Source: Phyllosticta citribraziliensis (Eukaryota). From it: a DNA stretch of 64,000 nt. Position 1 is the first letter of the stretch. Every line of letters begins with the position of its first letter. The stretch covers positions 2,294,001 through 2,358,000 of the forward strand of contig NW_027117342.1 of NCBI RefSeq assembly GCF_038025025.1, read 5' to 3'. A model generated the notes under the pieces. The model saw nothing but the letters and a program-made list of their open reading frames with translations. It was not told the origin of the DNA and searched no databases. Positions 1 to 12,389 of this stretch are shown in pieces. Position numbers and translations under genes: made by a program.

Positions 1-135
1 GCGGGCCGCATGGTCATCGAGCAGCTCGAGGCGCTGGCAAGGGACTTGTTGGTGTTTGCGGGTCTTGTTAGGTACAAACTGCCGCCGCGCGTTTTCGAGG
101 CGTTGGCGAGGGCTGGCCAGGACGTTGGTGCATAG
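1..135 (+). CDS. nic96: 3' end of a gene running in from the left; probable nucleoporin Nic96/Nup93 C-terminus
   Basis: Frame 1 reads AGRMVIEQLEALARDLLVFAGLVRYKLPPRVFEALARAGQDVGA* (TAG 133-135). This resembles the recalled Nic96 C-terminal motif (yeast ...MIYAGMIQYRMPRETY...). Only 44 codons are visible. Confidence 0.6.
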   Translation, partial: AGRMVIEQLEALARDLLVFAGLVRYKLPPRVFEALARAGQDVGA

Positions 136-3100
136 AGTGCTTGTGGTTGTAGATAGCGTTTGATGGAGGCTTGTTGAGCATGACATGGAAGGGGTACGAG
201 TGCATGTTGGCAATCAGAGTGGATGGGAGGCGTTACTGTAGACGGCGAAGCTGTGGCTGGCGCCCTGATGCATCCATGCATGAGCAGTTCATACTTGAAG
301 ATGGGGAGAAGGTACAGGATTAATAGCGCTTTTTTCTTTCTTTTCGTTCTTCTCTTCTGCAGACTTTGGTAGCATTAAAAGTTGGTTCGCTCTGAGAGGA
401 GTGTCAATGCTGCGTTCGGTGTAGACAACATCATTTCCTTGTCTCTATGTATATGTACAATCACCTGTCTAGACTCCTAATAGACGTATACTGCGAGAAG
501 AAACAAACCGAGATTTTTCAACAACATCCTGCTCTCCTGGACCTTGAATGATGGGAGCATGTTGGCATCGACGGATTCTGAAATCGAGAGCCGGCACGAT
601 GCACCAACGACGAAGGTCTCGCTACACCATCCGTCTCCCTCTGAGCCGGCCAACGCACATATTTGCCTCTTGCATGCCTCGGTACATCGTCAGTATGCTA
701 CCTTGTAGTATGAATCTTGCAACGTGACGATGCGACAAGGTAGCCGACATAGAGTGGATGATGGTGTAAATTGACGATTGCCTCAAGTGTTTGTTTTACC
801 TCACCCGGGCAGGAAGTAGAACGATGACGACACTCCTCATACGTACAGTAGCACAGCAGAGCGTCGACAGGCCGAGAAGAGACGAAACGAAACCAGACCA
901 CACGATGCCATGCCTCAAGCAAACGCTACAGCCGTCACAGCAACGGCAACAGTTCAGCAGGAGGCTAGGTAGGTCGCCAGCAAACAAATGGGAGGTCAAA
1001 CAGCCGCGGCACATCGACGGTGTGCACAGCGCGGAGCAATCGAGAGTGTTATCGAGCAAGCGCGGCACGGTTAAGTACCAAGTACATAGGAGCGAGGTAG
1101 AAGGCAGAAGATCGCAAACACACAACTCAACGACGGCGGGAAGTAAACCTACTTTTTTGTCGACTTGTTGTAACGAGCAGCAGTGGCAGATCGTGGGACA
1201 GGTGTGTTCCCGCCCTCCTGTGTTGTACTCGGACGGGATGAGTGAACGGCTGGGCGGCGGGGCGGGGCGGGCGGAGCTGCTGGTCCGTTTCCGTCCCTAG
1301 TTGCCTGCCCTTCTGCCCGTCTGTGACTTTGTGACGCCATCATGCATTACCCATTGTACATTGTGCACAGTCGGACGGCTGGGCGGAGTTGTGTTGTGTT
1401 GTACTAGTTGTGCTGAGTCGTCCCAAGTAAGCAAGCAAGCAGGCAATCAATGTCATCATGGCCGTCAGCGGCGCTTGTACGGCACGGGAGACTTCGGCTG
1501 CTATTTCTCCTACCTGCTCGTCGCGATATGGCTTGCCAAAGGCTTGCACTAAGTGCGGGTGTTTTGCGTTGGCTTGAGGCTAGCTACGTGACTAGCTGTA
1601 GGGCTGGACAGGGCAGATGTCAGAAACAAAGAAAGCGAGAGAAACGAGGGATGTCGATTTTCCGCACACCGTGCGCTCTGCAGTAGCAGCACACTTCAGC
1701 GCCATCTATCGCCGAAGAGAGTGATATGATCCTTACATGTACTGGCTGGGTGAGGAAATGGAAGCCTGCGTAGAAGCAACATACAGTAAGCGAGCCAACT
1801 CAGCAACGGCGGCCGAGCCCCACGACCCACTACCACCACCGTCTCGTCTCCACAACCGCCTTTCCCGCACAGTGGCTGCCAGCGCCGCGTGTGGTCATGT
1901 TGGTAAGGGGAGAGGGAGGCCTGTGGTGAGGCTGGCCTGATCTGATCTGCACGCCACGAGGCGGGCGCTAAATCGAGCTAAGGCTTGAGCTCCCGCAAGC
2001 CAGAGCAGAGCGGAGTGGATTGAAGCATAGCATCGAGCGTTCGAAGGATGTTGACCTAGGAGGAGGTATGCAAGTCGGTCTGAGCTGTGAGCGAGCGCCA
2101 GACCACCTCCTGGACACAAGATGCGGCAGAGACGCACGAAGCGAGCGCTGAGACTGAGAGGCATCCGTGCCGTCGGCCAGCACACTCGTGGAAACGATGT
2201 CCAAGCTGGCTGTCGGAAGAACACAGTCAGTGCGGTGCATGTTTCGTCCGTCACATCTTCACAATCCGTGACGAGTCGTTTCATTGGTGGATATACTGCG
2301 CTGCATGCGAAGCAAAGTCGCGGATGCATGTCCCCTGGCCGTTGAGCACGAGCTAGGAAGGCGCGTTGGCATTTTCCCGGGCCACCATGATGATTTGCTT
2401 CCAGGACCTACGACGTTGCTGACGCGGATTATCGCAGACGAAGCAAAGTGCGTTGAAACCCCTCGCTGCGGCTTGCGGTTACGTCCCCGGAAGCGATCGT
2501 GATCTGCCGCCGTCTGCAGATGAAAAGGGTTTCAGATTGACTTCTGCCCCGTCCGACGACGACGACGAACGACGACAAGGACGACCGTGCGCCGAGAAGA
2601 ATGTGCCATTGAACTTTGGCTAGCGGAAGATCAAGGTTTGCTGGCTGTCTTTTCGGCTGTTTGGAGATCTTTTTGCTGGGATGGGAGGATGGTGGGATGT
2701 TGAACATTTCGCCGTGCCTGCTGTGGCATGTAACTCGGCGAATGGCGTCAGCGGAGAGGAGCACACAATCCAACGCCCAGCAGCTTTTTAAAAAAAAAAA
2801 AAAAAATATCGAAAAAGCAATAGTGCGAATACGCGTCTCAATTGAAGGCTGCGGAAATTGTCAGCTCAGTTGTTCACTCGGCGGTGGTTGATCGAAAAGC
2901 GAAGAGAACGTTTCTCGGCCAGGGATCAAGGGACGGAAACCCCCCTTTTTTTTTACGATTGCCATCTTTGCCCACGACGGGAGACTGCCGGATAAGCGAA
3001 GCAAGAGGGTATGTGACCCGGGGATCCCGAATGAGCGTCTTGGTGTCGGAGTGTTTCATACAAAGGTGGTGCACGGATTTTCCCCGGCCAAAGTCAAGAC

Positions 3101-4382
3101 GGTGCCAATGCTCGTATCTCGAGCAGTAATTACCAAAGCCAGGGGGCACAGCAACTTTACGGGTTCTGCAAGGTCAGCCAAGCTCCAGAGCCAACGACAT
3201 GGGACGCTTGGCTCAGATGAAGGCGACGCGCGACGCGGGACGCGCCGCCAAACGGGGTGGTGGTGTTCCTGACGAGTGGAGAACAAGGGGGCGAAGGGGG
3301 TGAGGCAGGAGAGATACGGGCGTAGAGTGGGGGTTGAGCAAGGAGGGGGCCATGGCATGAGATGGCGTCGGTCGAATGCGTGGCTGGCAAGCATTGGAAC
3401 GCGATCACATCAGTCAGTTCAGGAGCGGTGGGCGAGCTCGTGGTGCTGCTCGATCCCAAGGCTCGCACGGGGCAGGTCGAGGAGGAGGCGAAGAGAAGGG
3501 ATGTGGTGTGCCAGCGCAGTTGTTGCGTCAGTGGAGCTGGAGGCTGGAGCATTTCATGTATCCGGTACACAAACGGTGCTCAGGCTGCCGGTGCTATGTA
3601 AGCTGGCTGACATGAGGTGGTGGGAGGATGTGTGTTGTTCTCCAGTCTCGAGTGCTGTGCTGCTCAGGGGCTGGATTCCTGAATGATCGAGTCATGGAAG
3701 CTATCGACGGCGACGGCGTCTCAGCGTTCGCCATGGCGCCGCAGATCCCGTTGAGACCCTTGAAGCTTCGAGAAGCCAGGCCGAAGAGCACAATGCAACG
3801 GCGTCAGAGCAGCGGGTGAGTGATGGTGTTGGCCAGCGACGTCGTCAAGCCGGCAGCCCCGCTTGTCTATCCACAACAGCACAGACGGCGTGATGATGGC
3901 AGGCTGGCGGTGAAAGTCAGGAGGCCGCGAGCAAGCAAGCACGCGATTTACTTTTGAAAAACGTTGTCTGGTTCCTGGAGCGTCGACGGGATACCGTTGG
4001 CAGCGGGCAAACACAACAGCCAGAAAAGGCCGCAGAGAAGTCATGGCCGGGCGGACAGGCGGAAATGGCGGGCCGCAGCGGCCGGGCAGGCGACACGCAA
4101 CTTGCGACTTGCGCTGAAACGGGGCGGATCAGAGGCTAGGCTAAATATGGCCTCTGCGGCGGCCCCTTGCCGGCTGTGGCAGGTCGACGGCGACGGCCAG
4201 CCCTCGCTCCCGTCCCCTCCTGGCGCGCCCTCGCCCTCGCCCTCGCCCTCCTCGCTGCGCCTCCCGCTATATTTAAAGACACCTGTCCACTTCCTCATCC
4301 CGCATCACTACAGTCACACTCCCCCCGATCCTCCACCCCCGTACATTAGAGGCACGGCCCTCCTCTCTGCTCCATTCTCTTC

Positions 4383-4448
4383 ATGCATTGCACTCCTCAA
4401 CAACCAACCTTCATCCTCTCCCCATCGTTATTCAGCCTCGCTACATAA
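4383..4448 (+). promoter_or_regulatory. 21-aa upstream ORF in the hac1 5' leader
   Basis: ATG at 4383 reads MHCTPQQPTFILSPSLFSLAT then TAA at 4446-4448, 6 nt before the main ATG at 4455. A TATA-like TATATTTAAA lies at ~4268. Confidence 0.6.
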
Positions 4449-4454
4449 CCCGCC

Positions 4455-5855
4455 ATGGCCGTATCCACTCCCTCAGCACCTGTCGCCGACCTCTACCCCT
4501 CCACACCTTCCTCCTCCGATGCCCCCGCAACCATCAAGATGGAAGATCTCCAGCGCTCCACAACTCCCTCCTCGGCTGCCCCGCCTGACGCCCCGGCCTC
4601 GATGCTGACCCCTCCGCCTTCATCAACACCCTCGCCGGGCCAGCAAAAACAACCAAAGAAGAGAAAATCCTGGGGCCAGGTGCTCCCGGAGCCAAAGACC
4701 AACCTCCCTCCTCGCAAGCGCGCAAAAACCGCCGATGAGAAGGAGCAGCGCCGGATCGAGCGTGTCAAGCGCAACCGCCTCGCTGCCCACAACTCGCGCG
4801 AGCGCAAGCGTGAGGAAATGGAGCGCCTCACCGCCGAGCGAGACCAGTTCCATGGCTTTGCTCAACACTGGGCAGAGTTCGCTCAACGCCTGCAAGACCA
4901 AATCTCCTGGTACCGCACTCGCTGTCCCGAGAAGCTTCCAGAGCTCCCCCTTCCGTCCTCGTTGACGAAATGGGAGCACAATATGCCCCTTCAACGGTAC
5001 GAGTCCGAGACGCCGGCACCTCAACAAGCTCCCGCGCCCACTTCGGCCCCCCAGAAGGCGAACAAGACCACGAGTCAATCTACCTCCCACAACACCATGG
5101 ACCCTCGCACTGCGGCATTTTCCAGCCCCGCCGTGCCCACCGAATCCTTTGAAAGCCCCTTCATGTCTCATCGGGAAGCCTCTTACGCCAGTCCCGAGTC
5201 TATGGAAGACTACGAGTCCCCCAACAACCCCAGCTCCCTCCCACCCACGCCCCAGAATAACACCATCGACTTTGGAGCAGCGGCGGAGCCCGGCCAGACA
5301 CAACATTCTGCAGCAATGTTGTGCGACCTGCAGTGTCGGCCGGCTCCTTCCAGCCTCTCCACTTCGACAGCAAGCCGGGCGATTTCCACTTGGCTGATTT
5401 CATACCTGACAATGTTCAACCTTCTGTCTTCGACGAGACGGCAAACTTTTTCGACTACACTGGATTCGGCGACAGCAGTGCTCTTCCAGACCATCACTTC
5501 TTCGAAGACGCTCTCGTGGTCGACCCTGGATACCCTGCCGGACTTTCTGACCACACTGGTGCGAAGTCTTACGAACTGCACGCCGACTCAGGCGCAACGG
5601 CAAATGCTGTTAGCGACGGGCCAGGCATCGCTGCGTAAGCCTAGCTTTCGTGTGGCTGGCAAAGTCTCGGGCGGGTCGTTCAGCGTGTCGCCGAGAGAGA
5701 GAGCCTTACGGAGACTTGTCCGGTCTAAAACACGGAAGATTATGGCAACAGTTGTCGCCGAATCAAAGAGGCAGCGCAGTTTCGCAGAACAAGATCACGG
5801 GTACGACTATCAGCCATCATCACCACTGGCAATAACATCACATCACTTGTTCTGA
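4455..5855 (+). CDS. hac1: bZIP UPR transcription factor Hac1/HacA; unspliced form 466 aa, Ire1-spliced form 387 aa ending at 5638
   Basis: Contains the hallmark KKRKSWGQVLPEPKTNLPPRKRAKTADEKEQRRIERVKRNRLAAHNSRERKR basic region and the QHSAAMLCDLQC motif at the splice site. Removing 5311-5330 shifts into the acidic/aromatic frame of ORF 5321-5638 (…HSAVSAGSFQPLHFD…GIAA*). Confidence 0.97.
   Translation: MAVSTPSAPVADLYPSTPSSSDAPATIKMEDLQRSTTPSSAAPPDAPASMLTPPPSSTPSPGQQKQPKKRKSWGQVLPEPKTNLPPRKRAKTADEKEQRRIERVKRNRLAAHNSRERKREEMERLTAERDQFHGFAQHWAEFAQRLQDQISWYRTRCPEKLPELPLPSSLTKWEHNMPLQRYESETPAPQQAPAPTSAPQKANKTTSQSTSHNTMDPRTAAFSSPAVPTESFESPFMSHREASYASPESMEDYESPNNPSSLPPTPQNNTIDFGAAAEPGQTQHSAAMLCDLQCRPAPSSLSTSTASRAISTWLISYLTMFNLLSSTRRQTFSTTLDSATAVLFQTITSSKTLSWSTLDTLPDFLTTLVRSLTNCTPTQAQRQMLLATGQASLRKPSFRVAGKVSGGSFSVSPRERALRRLVRSKTRKIMATVVAESKRQRSFAEQDHGYDYQPSSPLAITSHHLF
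5311..5330 (+). other. Non-canonical 20-nt Ire1-cleaved intron of hac1
   Basis: Two CTG^CAG sites lie exactly 20 nt apart, each in a 7-nt loop. Hairpin 1 is CACAACATT-CTGCAGC-AATGTTGTG (5299-5323). Hairpin 2 is CGAC-CTGCAGT-GTCG (5324-5338). Confidence 0.95.
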
Positions 5856-8740
5856 GTGGCAGGCGTACAGGGCGTTGGGAGAATGGGACTGTTCGACTTG
5901 ATTGGAAAAATACCTGGTACCTCTTGTAACAACAACGCCACCGGGTATTGGTTTGGGGTTTGACGGTTATTTTGAAATGGGTTACGAGTATGAAAAGACA
6001 CGGGCCAGCCGGATCCTTTTGGTGGCAGGCTGTATACGAATTTAGAAAATATTATTATTATTGACTCAACACTACTCCTTTGTCCCCCTCCTTCCTGCCG
6101 TCTATTGGATCCCTTATTCGGACTGACGCGTGGAATGCATCGCCACTTTCCTCTGCCTCCTCGCCTGTCTTTGATTGCGCGTTCTTGCAAGCAACAAGGC
6201 GCGTCCGCGTTACCTTTGATAAATTTCTTCCATTCCAGCCACCAAGTCCTTGGCCCTGGCCGCGCGCAAAGCTTATTCACGCGCATCGGTTGAGCGGTGT
6301 TGGGTTGGGTCAGCTTCTTTTCCTTCTTCCGCGGCTTGCTCGCTCCCACTTGCTTGATTACTTCCTGCCTTGCATTCCTCCCACCTCATCTCAATCCATC
6401 CCCTGCCCTGTCCTGCCTGCCCTGCCTTCCCTTCCTTAGCCTCATCCATCCCACTCGTTTTTATTTTTGTCCCAAATTGCATCGCACCCACCGCGTCGGG
6501 GATGACGGCCAGATCGACCCCTGTCGTCCTTTCGTCCTGTCGTCCAGCCGTCATCTTCACATGCTGCACCGCCTGTCCTGCCCTGCCTGCACCGCGTTAC
6601 GAGGGTTGCCTTGATTCAATGTTACCGTACGCGGCTCAGCCCGGCTCGGCTCGGTGCGGCGAGCCTATGTATGGCGTGGGGGAACGAGGCGAGCTGAGGC
6701 GCCGCGCGGCGATGATGACTCGACGACGACATGTGGCACGTTTGCGGTTGCCTACATGTGCCGTAGGTGTACACGTGGTGAATTTGATGCTGGAAAGAAA
6801 AGAATGGAATAGACCAGAATACCAGAGAAAGGCGCGTGCTGTCGTTCGGTTCCGTTGGTTATCATTGTTCTGAAGAGAAGGAGCGGGGGGAAAGCCACTG
6901 TTTGCTTGCCTTGCTTTCTTTTTCTGGGCAAGGCAGGTAGGTATCTGATGGCGAAGATACCCAGGTATCTTGGTAAATGTAGCTATTCAGCACCTTTTCC
7001 GTGTCTCTTGCCTGTCAGCCCTTTCATCAACCGTTTGCGCCGTCTGCTTTGAGCCAGTGGGCGCTTTCGCATGACGGTTAGAGCCCAGGCACAAGGCTTG
7101 CGCACTGCTCGTGCTGCATACCTCGCTTGTCAAGCCAATCGACTAAATGTCTTTGCGGTGAGCTATTGGAGCGGCCTTGGATTGATCTGAGGACTGTGTG
7201 GACATGTCTGTTTTGACCGGCACAGAATATTTCTTCTTCCTTGTATGTTCGTTCCTGTTTATCCTCCCCTTTCTCTGATTTTTTAAACGCGAGAGGCCAT
7301 GAACTCTTTCGGGGCACAGATCGGGCGACGAAATGGGCATTCAAGTAACACAGAGCCATGTGTGGTATTTGGTGTGGCTTCAGCGCAACAGCACATCTGC
7401 AGGAAGCATAGAAGTAGGTCGATGGGCAGCGAGGAGGCGGGGCAACCAGGCAAGTGAGATTGAGCAGGACGGGCTTGAGATATAATTGAACTCGCTTCCT
7501 GTTGTCCGTGAGCCCGTCGTGATACACACCGGGTACAATAGACGTGCGCAATCTTCAAGACACTCCCGCACAGCACCATACTATCAGACGCATCACAAAC
7601 GCAGACAGACAGATATCCCGGCAGACAGCCACTCAATTACACACCCACGACCCACTACCCCCTGCCACGCAACAAAGCGGGGCAGGCTGGCAGGCTGGGT
7701 GGGTGCATCATCATCTACATATGTTTTGGTATGTTTTCTGGGTTGTAGGCTTGGCACTTCCTTGCCATGCTTCCTTCCTTCCAAACACTCATCATCCACG
7801 CAACACTCCAAGCGTGCGTTCCTGCGTACGTGCCAAAGCACAACACAAAAGAGACCACCATGCTGGTCGATTCCTTTCTCCGTGACCGCGAGCTCCGTCC
7901 ATGGTGGAGGAGAGCAGACGGGAAGGCGAAGGAAAGTGAAGCAGAAGACTAGAACGAAGACAAGGTACTAGGAGCAGAGAAGGGGAAAAGGTAATGAAAC
8001 ACTTTCTTTTTTTTCTCGTCTTTTCGCTTGCTTTCTTCTTTCTTTCTCATTCACTCTCCCGGCTTCCAGGCACACTCCCGGACTTCTCGCGGGGCCGTCC
8101 TCTGCGCATGACGTTTATCCATCCATCTGTCCGCCAGCCGCAGTCCTTGCCATTCCAGAGAAAGGTCAGGAGAGGACGGCAGAACAGCACAGGACAGAAC
8201 GAGACGTCTTCGCGGTAAGGGGCCACAGAGGCAGGTAGGGGGTCCGGCAAAAGCAAAATCCGACAAAGGAAAAGGAAGGGGTCCGAACGATCGGAACGCG
8301 CTGCTGAACAGACGGCGGACGACAATCTGTAGACAGAGTGGAGACACTCGCGGACGCACCCGCAACGGGACAAATGAAGATTAAGTGCGGGCGGTTGGTT
8401 GGTGAAAACGTGCAGTCTCGACCCAAAACTCCTGGAATCGATTCCTTTCCTCGGTGGCAGAAAGTATGAGATCCGCGCGCGCGTGAAGGAGAGAGCGAAA
8501 GCGGCTTGCGAGCTCCCTCTATCCCTCAACTCTGACCCCAGCCGGTGGGACAGAAGAGGAAAAGGGGGCGATGGGATCAATTTCGGCGGCGCAAGACAGT
8601 GTCGTCATGGGGATGATATGGATGATCAGCTCTCTCTCATGTCTCTTGTCAATTTGGGAGACTTGTCAATTTCGGAAATTCGCGCGCGCGGAAGACAATT
8701 TCTGGTTCTCTCAACACTCCTCGTCACTGGTGCATAACCA

Positions 8741-9764
8741 TTAGAAGAAGCCTTTTGGAGGAGTCCTCGACGACAACGACGCAGCCGCCGGAGACGGCTT
8801 GCCGCTGGCGGCGTCAGTAGGACCCTGGATATCCGCCAGGTCGTCCATATGGTTGCACATGGCGACGAAGAGGTCGAAGAACATCTTGCCGCCGGCCTCC
8901 ATCTCGGCCTGCATGGTGCCGCTGCGCTTAAAGGTGCGGCGGCTGCGGATGATGAGGGCCAGATAGTGGGCGCGCAGGCGCGAGTCCGAGTCGGGCGTGT
9001 GGGCGTAGGCGTAGCGCGCGCTGCGCAGGATAACGCCGGCCTCGATGCCGCCTTGCAGGCCTTGCTTCTTGAGCGCCAGCCGCTTCAGCTCGTCGAGGCC
9101 GTAGCGCTCCGCCGCGCAGTACACGCACGTGTCGCGCAGCACCACGTCGTCGATGCCCGAGTGGTAGATTGTGGCCTCGCTGCTGCCGATCATGGGCGTG
9201 TAGTCGACGGCCGTCTGCTGGCCGTGGCGGCTGCTGCTGCTCTTGCTGCTGCTGCCGCCATTCTTTTTGGTGGTGTTGGTCGGGTCCGGAGAGAGCTTGG
9301 ACAGCGTGCCCTCGAGATGAAAGACGCCGCGCTTCTTGTCAGATTGCAAGAGGCGAGGATAATAATCGCCTTTATACAAGTATTCTAGGACACAGCTCAG
9401 GATCTCCGGCTCTTCTTCAGGCAGAAAAATGCGTCGGGCGCCAGACGCGAAGAACTGGTCGCGCATCGCCGCCGCGAAGAATGGCGAGTGACTCAGTACA
9501 TCTTCGTGAGCTGCGAACAGCCGTTGGTCTTTGCCCACCACCAAGGTGATGATGGCGCTGGTGAGCTTGGGGGATCCGCTGGAACCATGTCAGCCAGCTT
9601 ACATGTTTTTCAAATGCAACCACTCACCTCGCCTGCGATGCTGGGCTGTCCATGTGCCCGAACACCTTTTGCCTCGTGCTAGTATCCTCTCGAAACGATC
9701 TCTTCGGCTGCTTGGTGACCCTGTTCGCGCGCTCCTTTGTCGCGGCAAAAGAGCGTTTGAACAT
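8741..9764 (-). CDS. BTB/POZ-domain protein, ~324 aa, 2 exons (9764-9628, 9578-8741)
   Basis: BTB-like IITLVVGKDQRLFAAHEDVLSHSPFF...LPEEEPEILSCVLEYLYKGDY and VYCAAERYGLDELKRLALKK. The 49-nt intron GTGAGT...CTGAC...CAG joins an ATG at 9764 in frame. Confidence 0.88.
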
Positions 9765-11041
9765 GACGGCGCACTGAGCCCTGAAGACGGAAATCGTGGT
9801 GGTAATCGGACGAGAAACAGAGGATTTACGAAACGAGCAACGAAGGACGAAGTTGAAAGAGGGAGGAAAATGGGGAGGGGGGGAAACGAGTGTAGAAGTT
9901 AGTTGACGCTTCTCATTGGCTTGTTTGGGGTCTCAGCAGACTCTCGAGCTCCGGAAGAGCGTCAGGCCGGAAAGACTGATGCTGTTGCGGCAACAGTGGA
10001 CTTCCGACTCGAGCAACTCTCTGCGTTGAATCGAGGAAGCTCGATTCTTCGCGGACGTTTTGGCTGGCTCTGGGCGCAATGGGACGACGGACGGGAAAGC
10101 GTGTCGCGCAGCAAGAAGCGCGCATGACGGGGCCATGGGGGCCCTTTTATGTTGTTGATGTTGTTCCCGGGCAGCCATCTGCAGCCGCCCCGCCGTACAA
10201 CGATGCAATTGGTCGGCATGCAGTCGACGTCTGCAAGGTCTTTCGTGGCTCCGTAGCCGTGGCTTATCTCTCTCTTGTCAGGAACAGGGATAGCCCGCGA
10301 GGGAACAACCCTCCACGCCGGCAATGTTGAAATAAATGCTGCTCGCTCTCTGGCCAAAGCAGCGCGCAAGAAATCCAAAAAACACGATTCCAATGTTCGC
10401 AGCTTGGCGCATTAGTCGACACACATGCAGCACCTTGTCTATTGTCGTCGTCGCACCCACGTTCCCAATTTGGAAACAAGACGCAGTCGATCCGGTCATG
10501 CGACAGCGCGACTTCGCGTCAGGGCACCCGACGCGTTGACGCTGCGACCAGAATGTATCACAAGAGCTGCCTGCGTCGTGTTTGGCTTGTGAAAATGGAC
10601 AGACATGGCCACCTGCAGGCCACCACTTCCATGTCGCGTGGCCTCTCTGGCCCAAGATGTGGCCCAAGCCGGCCGTTTGCATCGGGCGATTCCAACGCCG
10701 CAACCTTCAAGTGACTCACCCACCCCGACTTGTGGACGACTGCATCGTCTGCCCTTCGATGGTGCACGAAATGCCGTTCAGAAAATCATCGATTGTACTC
10801 CGCGGTCTGGATCGAATTGAAGACTGTCCTAGTAACCCCATCCCAATGCTGGTCGAAGCAAAAGAAAAAAGTCAACTTCATTCATCCGAACCGTCCCTTG
10901 AGCAATCTCACCCCACGATAGAATACATTTTCGGGTCCTTCTCCCTTCCATTCCTTCGTGCGCACCAGAGTCGTGAAGTCATACGCCGTGGCTCATGTCC
11001 GCTGACCTGTTCGGTCCGTATCCGACTACTCCGTTGGCCCT

Positions 11042-12389
11042 TTACAACTCTTCCTTGACGTAGTCTGTGGCCTTCTGGGCAGCCTCCTCACCGCGGTGCT
11101 TGACCGTCGAAGCCTTCTCGGCAGCCGCGTCGCCAGCCTTGGTTGCGTCCTTGGCCGCCGCCGAGTAAGCACTCGTTGCGCTCGACTGTGCGGCATCGGT
11201 GGCGCTTGCAATGTTGGAGCCGGCGAGGCCGAGCTTCTCCTTGATCCACTCGACGTAGTAGCCGGCGGAGCCGGCCAAGTGGTCCTTCTTCAAAGCGGCG
11301 TCGTCAGTCGCCTTGGCGTACTCGTTGCCGGCCCTGGACGTGGCAGCACCGTAGGCGCTGGAAGCAGAGTACGACACGTTGTCGCCGGTAAGCTTGGCAC
11401 GGTGCTTGCGAGCAAGGGCAATGAGCTCGTTGCGCTTGGAGCCCTGAGGAACCTTGACACCATTCTTGTCGAGCCACTCCTTGACCTGGCTGTCGGACCA
11501 GGCATCGAGCAAAGCATCCGACAGGGTGTGCTGAGCGGCAGAAGCAGAGGCAGCGGCCGAGGCCTGGGCAGACTTGATGCTCTCGGTAGCCAGGCGCGAG
11601 TTGCGGCGGACGGCAGCAATCAGCTTGTCGCGGGAGCTTGGCTGGGGAGCAGGGTAACCACGCTCGTCGAGCCAGGCCTTGAGGTCAGAGTCGGACCACG
11701 ATTCGTACAGCCAGTTGCCCGGGTAGGAAGCGGTCTCTCCGATCTTCTTTGCAACCGTCTCGTAGTTCTCGCGAGCAGCCTTCAAGAGGGTGTCACGAGT
11801 GCGAGGCTGAGGTGCAGGAATCCCATTGCGGTCGAGGAAGGCCTTGAGTTGAGAGTCGGTCCAGCTGACGTTGGTCAGCAACAAGGAAGGCAGAGAACGT
11901 GATGTAAGTTTGACGTACCTGTCGAAAATCCAATCGCGAACCTTGGAGTAGGCATCAGTGGCCTGATCCTCAGTCTCGCCCCAGTACGACTTGACCGTTT
12001 CCACGAGGCTGTCGCGAGAGTCGGCAGCGCCCTTCTGGAGGTTGTGGCCCTTTTGGCCAAGGTAGGACTGGAGGCGGGCCGTGTCCCATTCGTTGTAGGG
12101 CTGGACAATCTTGGAGTTCCAGTTATCCTTGACCAGGTTCTCCAGGTCCTTGCGGTCAGCGGGGGTAGGGTAGGGAATGTTGTGATCCGAAAGCCAGCGC
12201 TCAAGCTCGGTTTCGTGCCACTTGTTGTATGCTAGATTGATGAAATGATACATCAGCAAAGGGTCTGATGGAGAGGGCGGGGTAGAGCAGACGCAATGAC
12301 GTACCGGCCTTGCCAAACCAACCAGTGCTGGCGACGGCGGATTCGGCGGCCAGGGCCACCACCAGGGTGGACATGAAAGAGAACCTCAT
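11042..12389 (-). CDS. ish1: Ish1/Msc1-family stress-response ER/nuclear-envelope protein, ~406 aa, 3 exons (12389-12305, 12231-11919, 11864-11042)
   Basis: N-terminal signal peptide, repeated W-S/T-D-S-x-L-K-x-W/F-L-D-x-x-G-(I/V/Y)-x-x-P-Q units and a C-terminal KEEL. Both introns are GTACGT...YAG; the second is 54 nt and stop-free, so the ORF track reads through it. Confidence 0.88.

Noticed and set aside
698..4349. Numerous 60-170-aa ORFs upstream of hac1 (e.g. 791-1300)
   Set aside because: They overlap on both strands, mostly use non-ATG starts, show no domain or splice structure, and are expected by chance in GC-rich intergenic DNA.
5856..6800. Yeast-type HAC1 3' bipartite targeting element
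   Set aside because: GGCGCG-like words occur (e.g. ~6198), but I could not identify the paired motif in a convincing stem.
11096..11902. 268-aa plus-strand ORF (and similar 8849-9388, 4623-5306)
   Set aside because: These are antisense shadows of GC3-rich real genes.
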